Below, piece after piece: positions 1 to 9,029 of a DNA stretch of 41,625 nt. The DNA is taken from sequence record SRR20825006_2611; one strand, 5' to 3'. Under the pieces are notes generated by a model. The model saw only the letters and a program-made list of their open reading frames with translations. It did no database searches and was not told the origin of the DNA. How positions within the stretch are numbered: position 1 is the stretch's first letter; every line of letters begins with the position of its first letter. Both the position numbers and the translations under genes were made by a program.

Positions 1-239
1 TGGCCGGAATTTCTTCCGACCACTAGTGCCCTTAGGGTGCCTTTTTTTGGCTTTTTCAAAAAAACCATGTTCAAAGCTCTCCAAGCAAACATTCTCCCAC
101 AAAAACTCAGTATTCCACATAGGCAAGAAAAACATGGACAAATACAATAATAAGTCTAGTTGCAAACGTAATACCCCCCTAAATTGAAAGAACCTCTCAA
201 CTTAGCCAAAAGATTTATTGCGATAGCAAAGAGGCTTTA

Positions 240-280
240 AAACAAATACCGCCCTGAAAGATTTTCTTCCAGAGCGTTAT
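240..280 (-). terminator. Likely intrinsic terminator of the susC-susD-lipoprotein transcript
   Basis: Minus strand of 250-276 reads CGCTCTGGAAGA-AAA-TCTTTCAGGGCG (12-bp stem with G-U pairs) followed by GTATTTGTTT; about 70 bp after the stop at 350. Confidence 0.6.
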
Positions 281-349
281 ATTTCATACAAAACTTAAAA
301 TTAACCGGGGAAAGATTACGAACCTTTGGGCCCATAATTCCTGCCAATC

Positions 350-1570
350 CTATTCCTCGGAAAGAAAGTAATAATTATCGTGATAACTTAAATAAGTAGA
401 GTAGAAACCGGCTACACCACCAACAAAGGTACTTTGATCATCTACAACCGTTCCTTCAACAATGACCGCCCCTTCCGCCGTCAGTACCCTTAGATCAAAC
501 GTATATGGAGTATTGGAGCTGACCTCTAACCTATAGGTGTTGTTTCCTGGTAATTGTGCAGCAAAACCAGAAGTGGACAATACTGCACTGGCATTTCCAT
601 CTATTACCCTGATCAACTGGAGCAGTCCTCCTCCTCCAATACGGAATGCATAGTAATCATCTTCACTTTGAACATGGAAAGCAATGCCACCAAGAGCAGA
701 ATCAGTAGTAGCAGGTATGTATACATCACCTCCAAGGCTATAGCTCATACCATTTTGGTTTGAGGTCACCGAAGGCATGTTCACCATAAGGTTATCACCC
801 GCCACAACTCTTCTAGCTGAAATAAAGTTGTCTCCACCAGGTCCTTCAATCATCCACTCTCCACTTCCAATAACCCAGTTGGAACCAATAGGGTTAGGCA
901 TGGTTTCCAAATCGGCCCATTCTGTAGTAGGTCTGTTAAAATCATCGATTATAGCGGGGATCCCTACTTCAAAAGTAACTTGGTTAGAAGAAAGACCATC
1001 ACGCTCGACTTGGACCATAACTTCGCCATCGGCAGCGTCTTGCGGCACTTTCACCCATATATTTTCATAATTAAGACTGTCTATTTCAAGTGATTGTCCT
1101 CCAAACAATACGGAAACCTCTTCGATATGCTGTATGCTGTCAGAAACAAGGAAGTTATTAGCCAAGAAGTCTCCCAAAATAGTGAAACTTGATCCTGCAC
1201 GTCCTTGTGAAGGTGCCAAATCTGAAATAAAAGGTGGAGAAGGAATAAGTTCGAAATCGGCACTTACAATAGCTGTTTTTCCAGTTCTCACTTGAATATC
1301 CCCATCCCGCGCCCCCATGGGCACTACCACATCGATTTCTGTAGGTTCGGCCGAGACTACCTGTCCCAACATACCTCCCTCAAAACCAACCACCGTGGTA
1401 TGTAGCCCTTTAAAACCGTTTCCTCTAATTGTAATGGTATCACCGATCATTGCCTGTGGCGGCATTACACTATCAACTCTAAGGTCTTCTACCACATCAT
1501 CGGAATCACAGGAAACCAAGGTGACGAGGACCAAAAAACATAATAATATTGAAGCTTTAGATTGAATCAT
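350..1570 (-). CDS. Surface lipoprotein with two IPT/TIG domains and a C-terminal beta-sandwich (lectin-like) domain; probable surface glycan-binding protein
   Basis: Lipobox LVSC plus acidic tail DSDDVVED; IPT-like repeats (PPQAMIGDTITIRGNGF, APSQGRAGSSFTILG); directly downstream of susD. Confidence 0.8.
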   Translation of the reverse strand: MIQSKASILLCFLVLVTLVSCDSDDVVEDLRVDSVMPPQAMIGDTITIRGNGFKGLHTTVVGFEGGMLGQVVSAEPTEIDVVVPMGARDGDIQVRTGKTAIVSADFELIPSPPFISDLAPSQGRAGSSFTILGDFLANNFLVSDSIQHIEEVSVLFGGQSLEIDSLNYENIWVKVPQDAADGEVMVQVERDGLSSNQVTFEVGIPAIIDDFNRPTTEWADLETMPNPIGSNWVIGSGEWMIEGPGGDNFISARRVVAGDNLMVNMPSVTSNQNGMSYSLGGDVYIPATTDSALGGIAFHVQSEDDYYAFRIGGGGLLQLIRVIDGNASAVLSTSGFAAQLPGNNTYRLEVSSNTPYTFDLRVLTAEGAVIVEGTVVDDQSTFVGGVAGFYSTYLSYHDNYYFLSEE

Positions 1571-1618
1571 GATAATAATGTTATTGCTTATGAATCTTTT
1601 GTTTGAATATGTCCTTCC

Positions 1619-3250
1619 CTAGTAACCAGGGTTTTGCTCTATTGGGCTCAGTTCTATTTCGGTCAACGGAATAGGGAACCATATTTTATAGGGTTCCAAA
1701 TTTGCCTGCATAATGGGAACTGCAACGTTCCACCTTCCTCCATTTTCATCAAGGCCCATAATGGCATCGTAAAATTTGCCGAACCTTATCAAATCTATTC
1801 TTCGTTGACTTTCAAAGGCAAATTCCCTAGATCTTTCATCCAAAAGTTCTTCCAAAAAATCAGCCTTATAATAGGCATCGTCCAAGATATCGACTTGGGA
1901 TACATCACTCACCGACCTAGTCCTCACCTCTGTAAGCCTTTCACGTGCGCCTGCCTCGTCTCCTGTCATGTAAAGGGCCTCGGCATTCAGCAGTAAAATA
2001 TCGGCATACCTCAATAAAGGGTAGTTGCCCATGGATTGGCTAATGTCTATCGGTTTGCTCGATGGGTCTACATAACGGTATTTTGCCACAGAGTAGAAAC
2101 CAGCGGTTACCCCATTTGCAGGATCGGGCACATAATAAGTATCTCCCTCGATTGTTTCGGTAGTAGAGGACGCTGAGAATGAATTAGAAAGGTTGTGCGC
2201 CCTTCTCATATCCAAAGCATTGTACTTATAGAACATCTCTCCTGTTGGACGGAACCATCCATAACCGCCACCCATGGTGGTAGTATTCCCCGGTGGTACC
2301 ATCCATTGCACCCAAACATGATAATTACCTATTATTGAGCTGCTACTTGACACTGACGAAAACAAAGATTCTTCCATTTGAAATTGATTGGTAGTCTCCC
2401 GAAACAGATAATCGTAGTTGTCTATCAACTCATAACCGCTCTGGGCAATTATCCCATTGGTAATGTCCCTGGCACGTGTATAAAAATCATCAGCATCGAC
2501 CCAGTCAAAACTATTGAGCTCAAACCCTAGATCAGCACCAACTCCATTGGTCTTACAACTGGCTAAATAGGTATATACTTTCGCAAGGAAACCGGCAGCA
2601 GACCATCTGTTCGCTCTTCCTTGAATATCCGCTCTGTTTGGTAGATTTGAATAAGCTGTTTCAAAATCGGATATAATCTGAGCGTAAACCACATCCAAAG
2701 GCTCCCGCAAGGCATTTTCATCGTGCTCCCCTGTGGTATACACTGGCACACCCCCATACATTTGGGCCAAATACATATAGTAAAGGCCCCTTAGGAAATG
2801 TGCTTCCCCCATGATTTCGGCTTTACGCTGTTCTCCCATCTCCGTATCCTCTATGGCATCCAAAAGATAGTTACATCTATTGATACCTACGAACATGGTA
2901 AAAAAGTGTTCTTCAATTGTTGGTGTCTGGCTTGTTACCGCCAAATTACCGAAGGGGGCATAACCAATTGCAGTTAATCCGTCTCTTGTGACCAACTCAT
3001 CTGTTCCTGCGCTCAGCATAAAGGTCATACTTGAATTGAAATTACCTCGCCAAACGCCTTGTACGGATTGGGCATTGAGCGCACTATAGCAACCTATAAG
3101 TGCCGATTCCGCATCATCCGCTGTTTGATAGAAATTCTCCACCGTAGTGAAGGATAGTGGCTTGGTATCCAAAAAATCGTTACTGCACGAACTACAATAA
3201 ATACCGATGAACGTTAAGACAACAATATTCTTTAGTATTCTATTTTTCAT
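1619..3250 (-). CDS. susD: SusD/RagB family glycan-binding lipoprotein
   Basis: Lipoprotein start SSCSNDFLD; motifs GEAHFLRGLYY, RYADILLLNAEA, ERSREFAFESQRRIDLIRFG; C-terminal QNPGY. Confidence 0.96.
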   Translation of the reverse strand: MKNRILKNIVVLTFIGIYCSSCSNDFLDTKPLSFTTVENFYQTADDAESALIGCYSALNAQSVQGVWRGNFNSSMTFMLSAGTDELVTRDGLTAIGYAPFGNLAVTSQTPTIEEHFFTMFVGINRCNYLLDAIEDTEMGEQRKAEIMGEAHFLRGLYYMYLAQMYGGVPVYTTGEHDENALREPLDVVYAQIISDFETAYSNLPNRADIQGRANRWSAAGFLAKVYTYLASCKTNGVGADLGFELNSFDWVDADDFYTRARDITNGIIAQSGYELIDNYDYLFRETTNQFQMEESLFSSVSSSSSIIGNYHVWVQWMVPPGNTTTMGGGYGWFRPTGEMFYKYNALDMRRAHNLSNSFSASSTTETIEGDTYYVPDPANGVTAGFYSVAKYRYVDPSSKPIDISQSMGNYPLLRYADILLLNAEALYMTGDEAGARERLTEVRTRSVSDVSQVDILDDAYYKADFLEELLDERSREFAFESQRRIDLIRFGKFYDAIMGLDENGGRWNVAVPIMQANLEPYKIWFPIPLTEIELSPIEQNPGY

Positions 3251-3273
3251 CTCTATTGATTTTTTTGCTGTTA

Positions 3274-6200
3274 TTAAAATGTGAAACTGGCTCCAAAAGT
3301 GAATGTTTTGGTCCTTGGATAGGTCAATCTATCATATCCGGGCAAAAGCGAGTTTCCTGAATGGATTTCTGGATCAAATCCAGAGTAGTTGGTCCACGTG
3401 TACAGATTGGTGCCCGTGAAGTAAATACGAGCGTAATCTATTCCCATTTCCTTAATCCATTTCCCAGGAAGGGCATAACCAAATGAAATGTTCTGAAGCC
3501 TTAACCAAGAAGCATCCTCTACATAATAGCTAGAAGCCAACAAAGAAGTCCTGTTCCAAAGGTCGTCGGCAAAAGTACCATATTGATTCGTTGGGTTCTC
3601 AGGAGTCCACCTATTGCTGAAAAAATCATCGGAAATGTTCATCCAAGTGTTTGACACCCCTCCCTCTAGCCTATATTTGGCTTCGTTGAATATTTCATTT
3701 CCATAGGACCAATTGAACATTACGGAAAGGTCGAAGTTTTTATAATTAAAGGTGTTGTTAATACCTCCAAAGTGCTTAGGAAAGCTTCTGCTAATGGATG
3801 TTCTATCATTGTCCACATCAATGGTCCCATCTCCGTTTAAATCTTTGAACTTAAATGATCCCGGCTGCACATTGATCCCGTCTACGGTAACAACTCCTTC
3901 GTTCAGGACATAATCACGTTGCTCGTGCGGAATGGTCGCATCGCTATCGTTCTGCCAATTAAAATCTGATATCTGATACACACCATCAAACTCATAGCCA
4001 TAAGCGTTACCCAAAGATTCCCCTTCGATTACCCTACCTGCATTTGTAATCCAACCACCTCCTATGTTCACAGGAATAAAGTCTACACCTCCAAGGTCCT
4101 TTACAATATTCCTGTTGCTACTGATATTGAAATCTGTTTTCCATTTGAAATCGCCTCCTTCAATATTTCTGGTCGAAATCTGAAGTTCGGTACCATCATT
4201 GTCTACTCTACCAAGGTTTTGCCATTGCTGTTGGAAACCACTTCTTTTAGGCACCAATGCGGCAATCAACATATCCGTAGTAACTTTATAGTAATAATCC
4301 CATGTAATGCTAATTCTATCGTTCACCAGTCCAAGGTCAAAGCCTGCATTGAACTGTGAGGTCTCTTCCCACTTTAGACCATAATTGGCCCTAGAGTCTG
4401 GTGCAAGTCCCAAATCTCCACCATAATCCGTGTTCACCATTCGTGCCAAGTATCTAAAGGAAGGAATTCTATCATTACCCGTAATACCATAACTCAAACG
4501 GAGCTTCAAGTTGCTCAAATCATCTACATTGGATAGAAAAGGCTCCTTATGCAACTGCCACCCATAGGCGAAGGATGGAAAGTATCCAAAGCGATTGCTA
4601 GGACCCAATTTATCCGATCCATCTGCCCTAAAGGTTGCTGTCAACAGGTGTTTACCCTTAAACTGATAATTGAACCTTCCGAAATAGGACATCCTGTTTA
4701 TGATGTCCTTACCAGTGGAATTGTTCTTTATCCTCCTACCTTTACCGATATCATGAACCCCCGTAGACTCATCGGCAAAATCGGCTACCTCCATAAACAT
4801 ATTCTCCCAACTGTACCTGTTTGCTTCAAAAGCCACCATGGCTGTTAACAAATGATCTTGATTGGGTCTTAATGTATAATTCAATCTACTGGTTACGTTC
4901 CATGAATTTGCTCTTGCCTCTTGTACCATAGCTCGACCATTGTCCAAATTACCCCAGTTGGTATACTTGCTATAGAATTCCTTTCCCTTGGAGCTGGAGA
5001 GAAAACCACCTCCCGAGACATGGATTTTTAGGTCCTTCATCAATGCATATTCCAAATAGGCATATAGGTTGTTCCTCAATGAAGAAACATTTTTCTCCGC
5101 ATTATCGATCATCGATAAAGGGTTGATGTATCTTCCATCCGTATCCCAGTTAGGGGCGAAAAATTCCAACGGTCTTGATATCACAAGATTTTGAACAACT
5201 CCATTGAATATCCCGGAACCACCACCGCTCTGTGTTGCACCGTTAAGCTCAGAATAGCCCATGTTGAAATTCAAACCCATCTTTAACCTATCGCTATGCT
5301 GGTCATCAAGGTTGAGCCTCATGGTGTATCGTTGGAAGTTGTTGTTGATTATGATCGCTTCCTGATCTAACATTCCAATTCCACCAGAAAAAGTGGTTCC
5401 CTTGTTATCCCCGCCGGAAATTGAAATATTGTGGCTATGGGAAACAGCAGTTCTCAACATCTCGTCTTGCCAATCATGCATGGGCAGCTCATAAGGATCC
5501 CTTGGAATATCATCCGAATTGTACAACCCATCTTGATTGCTATCCGTATAGAACAAAAAGGTCTCAGGATTGAGTGCGGCCCTATACTCAATATATCTTT
5601 CGGCATTAAGCACAGGTAGTTTTCGTGTTACTGTACCCAAACTAACAAAACCGTCATAGGTAATCTTGGTATCCCCTGCTTTACCTGATTTAGTGGTAAT
5701 TATAATAACACCGTTTGCACCTCGAGCACCATAAATAGCGGTTGCGGAGGCATCCTTGAGCACTTCAACGGACTCTATGGATGATGGGTTCAGTGTTGCC
5801 AACGGGTTGGACGATGTACCGTTCCCTACACTGGCATCGGCAACCTCTCCATTGTTGACATCATAGGGTACCCCATCTATCACATAAAGAGGAGCTGAGC
5901 TACCAAATACCGTATTGGCACCACGAATGCTAATATTCATGGCTGCACCAGGTTCACCGGATGAAGACGAAACTTGTACCCCTGCCAGCCTTCCCTGAAT
6001 AGCCTCTTGGAATGACAATACCTTGCTTTGGGAAATCTCTTCCGCCTTTACACTGGAAATGGAGCCGGTCACATCAGCTCGTTTTTGCTGACCGTACCCA
6101 ATTACCACCACCTCATCCAACCTATTCTGGTTTTCGGATAACTCAATTGTAATGGATTGTCTTCCGGATACGGCTACCTTTTTGGTAGAGAAGCCCATAT

Positions 6201-6432
6201 AGGAAAAAACCAATGTCCCTTCGGGATCCATAGTTATGGTGAACTCACCATCAAAATCGGTCACGGCCCCGTTGGTGGTTCCATCCACTACAACATTCAC
6301 CCCTAATAGCGGTAAGCCTTCACTTTCTGAGATGACTTTACCGTTAACCTCAATTCGTTCTTGTGCTGCAGCTGTTTGTATTGCCAAAATTACAACGAAC
6401 AGACAGCAGAATGTTGTTTTTAGTATTTTCAT
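3274..6432 (-). CDS. susC: SusC/RagA TonB-dependent transporter
   Basis: CarboxypepD-like N-domain, LDEVVVIGYG, plug motif IESVEVLKDASATAIYGARGANGVIIITTK, terminal aromatic F; adjacent to susD. Confidence 0.97.
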   Translation of the reverse strand: MKILKTTFCCLFVVILAIQTAAAQERIEVNGKVISESEGLPLLGVNVVVDGTTNGAVTDFDGEFTITMDPEGTLVFSYMGFSTKKVAVSGRQSITIELSENQNRLDEVVVIGYGQQKRADVTGSISSVKAEEISQSKVLSFQEAIQGRLAGVQVSSSSGEPGAAMNISIRGANTVFGSSAPLYVIDGVPYDVNNGEVADASVGNGTSSNPLATLNPSSIESVEVLKDASATAIYGARGANGVIIITTKSGKAGDTKITYDGFVSLGTVTRKLPVLNAERYIEYRAALNPETFLFYTDSNQDGLYNSDDIPRDPYELPMHDWQDEMLRTAVSHSHNISISGGDNKGTTFSGGIGMLDQEAIIINNNFQRYTMRLNLDDQHSDRLKMGLNFNMGYSELNGATQSGGGSGIFNGVVQNLVISRPLEFFAPNWDTDGRYINPLSMIDNAEKNVSSLRNNLYAYLEYALMKDLKIHVSGGGFLSSSKGKEFYSKYTNWGNLDNGRAMVQEARANSWNVTSRLNYTLRPNQDHLLTAMVAFEANRYSWENMFMEVADFADESTGVHDIGKGRRIKNNSTGKDIINRMSYFGRFNYQFKGKHLLTATFRADGSDKLGPSNRFGYFPSFAYGWQLHKEPFLSNVDDLSNLKLRLSYGITGNDRIPSFRYLARMVNTDYGGDLGLAPDSRANYGLKWEETSQFNAGFDLGLVNDRISITWDYYYKVTTDMLIAALVPKRSGFQQQWQNLGRVDNDGTELQISTRNIEGGDFKWKTDFNISSNRNIVKDLGGVDFIPVNIGGGWITNAGRVIEGESLGNAYGYEFDGVYQISDFNWQNDSDATIPHEQRDYVLNEGVVTVDGINVQPGSFKFKDLNGDGTIDVDNDRTSISRSFPKHFGGINNTFNYKNFDLSVMFNWSYGNEIFNEAKYRLEGGVSNTWMNISDDFFSNRWTPENPTNQYGTFADDLWNRTSLLASSYYVEDASWLRLQNISFGYALPGKWIKEMGIDYARIYFTGTNLYTWTNYSGFDPEIHSGNSLLPGYDRLTYPRTKTFTFGASFTF

Positions 6433-6468
6433 ATTACATTAATTGTGAATTGTTCAAAAAAGTTGATT

Positions 6469-6515
6469 CAAATCTATATAATGGGAATAGACCAAGTATC
6501 CTGCCCCATCCTGTT
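6469..6515 (-). promoter_or_regulatory. susC promoter with candidate GntR operator
   Basis: Perfect -7 box TAGATTTG (6469-6476, minus); pentamer box GTATC CTGCC CCATC CTGTT (6496-6515, plus-strand reading) 19 bp upstream. Confidence 0.7.
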
Positions 6516-6998
6516 CCCCTTAAACAAATGGGGTAAAAGAGTTTTTGGCCCTATTTCACAGGCGTCAATGCCACTTTGTCCCAACGCTTTTAACACAAGC
6601 ATTACAAAAGATTTAGTAGGAAAAAAACCACTTTAAATATCGAGATATAAGGTGTTAAGAATAGAAAGATTCCAAATAAAGAACAGTATCTGTAGCACGC
6701 GTATTTGTAGGTAAAACCAACAGTTTTATCAAAACTGGTTTAGCAAAAACATTGAATAGGTTCAACTAATCGAGATATTGTTGGGGAAAAATCAAAAAGA
6801 AGAAGAAAACCCGGGATAATGACCAACCAAGGCGCCAATATTTAACCTTATGGTACAGCATACATTGATAGGAAAAGTATTTTGCTCCTATGCGGTAGAA
6901 GCCCTAACCGCACACCCTCCACATCCCGGGAAGTTGTCCAAGCGCAAGACGCCTGTATTTATATGGACCAGCATATATTGAAATCTGACAATAGACTA

Positions 6999-7673
6999 TT
7001 ATTTTAAGTAAGGCTCCATGACCTTTTGCCAAATCTGATAGCCCTTGGCATTCATGTGAAGGCGGTCGTCCAAAAAGATTTCCTCTTTAATATTTCCTCC
7101 TTCGTCCAACATTGGGTAAAATATGTCGATGTATGATGCATTTGACTTATTGTCCAGATAATCGGCTATCATTTTATTGGCCTCAATGGATTTATTCAAG
7201 ATATTCATCCGAGAAGGACTTGGTTTAATGGATAAATAGTTTATCGTGGCTCTTGGGAAGTTTACACGGATCATCCCGTATAAGGTCTCAAAACGTAGAA
7301 AAAACTCTTCTACCGAGAGGTCGTTGTCAAAAGCAAAATCATTCTCACCACAATAAATGATGACCTGATCGGGGTTATAGGGAACAATAATGTCATAGAA
7401 ATATCGGGTTACATCCACTAATGTCGACCCTCCAAACCCTCTATTGATAATTTGATGATTTGGAAAATAATCATTGACATCCTTCCAGAACTTAAAGGAA
7501 CTACTTCCGATGAAAAGTATTCGATTTTTTGATATCGAGCCTGAAGCGTCCAACTCCTTAAAATCTACGATTTCATTCCATAGTGTTGGGTATTCCTGAG
7601 CTGACAACTGGAAGTTGAAAACAGATATTACCAACAAAATTAGAATGTTATATTTAATTGAATTAATTTTCAT
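6999..7673 (-). CDS. Secreted SGNH/GDSL-family esterase (possible carbohydrate acetylesterase)
   Basis: Signal peptide; SGNH blocks FIGSSS, NRGFGGS, YCGEND, DRLH. Confidence 0.9.
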   Translation of the reverse strand: MKINSIKYNILILLVISVFNFQLSAQEYPTLWNEIVDFKELDASGSISKNRILFIGSSSFKFWKDVNDYFPNHQIINRGFGGSTLVDVTRYFYDIIVPYNPDQVIIYCGENDFAFDNDLSVEEFFLRFETLYGMIRVNFPRATINYLSIKPSPSRMNILNKSIEANKMIADYLDNKSNASYIDIFYPMLDEGGNIKEEIFLDDRLHMNAKGYQIWQKVMEPYLK

Positions 7674-7744
7674 AAGTACTTGATTTACATTTCTATTTTA
7701 TAAGTGGTGGTTAGATAAGTGTCGCTACGGCAACAGCCCAGTTG

Positions 7745-7791
7745 CAAAACTATTTTAAAGTCTCTGCAGTACCATCCTGTACCCTACTGTT
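7745..7791 (-). promoter_or_regulatory. SGNH esterase promoter with candidate GntR operator
   Basis: Perfect -7 box TAGTTTTG (7745-7752, minus); box CCATC CTGTA CCCTA CTGTT (7772-7791) 19 bp upstream. Confidence 0.72.
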
Positions 7792-7793
7792 AA

Positions 7794-8828
7794 CTAGTTT
7801 CCGGCGCGATACCTGCCCGTAAGTTGAAGTTCACGCACCAACATACCGGAATCGAAAGTCCCTGTGGTTTCCCATCCGAAATTGAAGCTGGAAATAAACA
7901 TATCGGACCAGTGCGCATCTTGCAAATACCCTTGTCTCTTGGCTCGTTCAAATGCGTTTTTAATGTACGGCAATATATCCTTGTCCACATCTATACTTCC
8001 GGATTTTTGTAAACTTCCTGGGAAAAATTCCTCACTTGCTATACTCACAATGAACTTTTTACTGGCATCATCCTTGCCCAAATCTTGGGCAGCGTACAGC
8101 GGAATCCCCTCTGGCCTCCTGTGGTCAAATACGGGAATACCAAACCAAAAAAAGTCGGTCGAATCACTAATGGTCAAATAAAGTGAAACCTGAGAGGTAT
8201 GAAGACTTTCGTCAAACTCGGAAGGGTCCATCATCATCTTGTCATACACAAGCGAAAGGCCCATGTTCAATTCAAGGGACTCCATATCCTCTAGGGCTAT
8301 TTTATCTGCCATGGTCTGCTCTAATAATAAATGGGGCCAATCTTCTCCATCTTTACGAACAGAAGTATAATCTTCGGAAGCTATTACTTCCAAAAGTACA
8401 TGTGGTTTATCCTGAGCTTTCTCCTTTATGAACACTACCCGCTTTGCTTGATTGGCATAGATTATTGAATCTCCCTTCACCTCTTGTTCCACATTGCCAA
8501 AGGCATGGTTACTGCCCCATTCGGCAAGTTTCCAGCTAGCTGTTTCCGTTGCTGTTGAATAGGGGTAGATAAAATCCAAGGCTTTAATGTCAGAGGTATC
8601 GGTACCGAGCAAGCGAATACCATTTATGAACCCAGTGTCCTTTACAAATTCAACGGAGCTCAGAGAATCTTCATCATCGACATCACCATCTTGCTGGGCA
8701 ATATCGGATTGTGATTCGTCATCTTCCAGATTGTGCCCATTGCCGTTGCATCCAACAAATATGAACATGCCCAACATTACCATTCCTAGTTTTAGTGCTT
8801 CCGGCCATAATACTTTACTTAATCTCAT
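7794..8828 (-). CDS. Lipoprotein of unknown function in the PUL (possible uncharacterised CAZyme or glycan-binding protein)
   Basis: 344-aa ORF, lipobox FVGC, acidic linker, Trp/Glu-rich core (WKLAEWG, WPHLLLEQ, FFWFGIP, NFGWE). Confidence 0.8.
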   Translation of the reverse strand: MRLSKVLWPEALKLGMVMLGMFIFVGCNGNGHNLEDDESQSDIAQQDGDVDDEDSLSSVEFVKDTGFINGIRLLGTDTSDIKALDFIYPYSTATETASWKLAEWGSNHAFGNVEQEVKGDSIIYANQAKRVVFIKEKAQDKPHVLLEVIASEDYTSVRKDGEDWPHLLLEQTMADKIALEDMESLELNMGLSLVYDKMMMDPSEFDESLHTSQVSLYLTISDSTDFFWFGIPVFDHRRPEGIPLYAAQDLGKDDASKKFIVSIASEEFFPGSLQKSGSIDVDKDILPYIKNAFERAKRQGYLQDAHWSDMFISSFNFGWETTGTFDSGMLVRELQLTGRYRAGN

Positions 8829-8911
8829 ATGCTTATATCTTTACGTTAGGTTCTCGTCAACAGTTTCAAAATCCAAAGACTCTTAAATGAGTGAAAAATG
8901 AAACTTTCGTG

Positions 8912-8985
8912 CTAAAGTAACAGCAGTGACTTGGTTAAGCATCCTGAGGTGTCAGGTAATAAAATTCGTCCGGAACTGTCCTGTA
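8912..8985 (-). promoter_or_regulatory. Promoter of unknown lipoprotein with two degenerate pentamer boxes
   Basis: -7-like TACTTTAG (8912-8919, minus); GCATC CTGAG GTGTC AGGTA (8939-8958) 19 bp upstream; second box TCGTC CGGAA CTGTC CTGTA (8966-8985). Confidence 0.55.
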
Positions 8986-9029
8986 AGACAGGAAATAGAT
9001 AATTTTAAAATAAGGTCATATTGAAATGA

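Noticed and set aside
1-48. Two small hairpins and a T tract at the window start
   Set aside because: Possibly a terminator for a gene outside the window, but the stems are weak and context is missing
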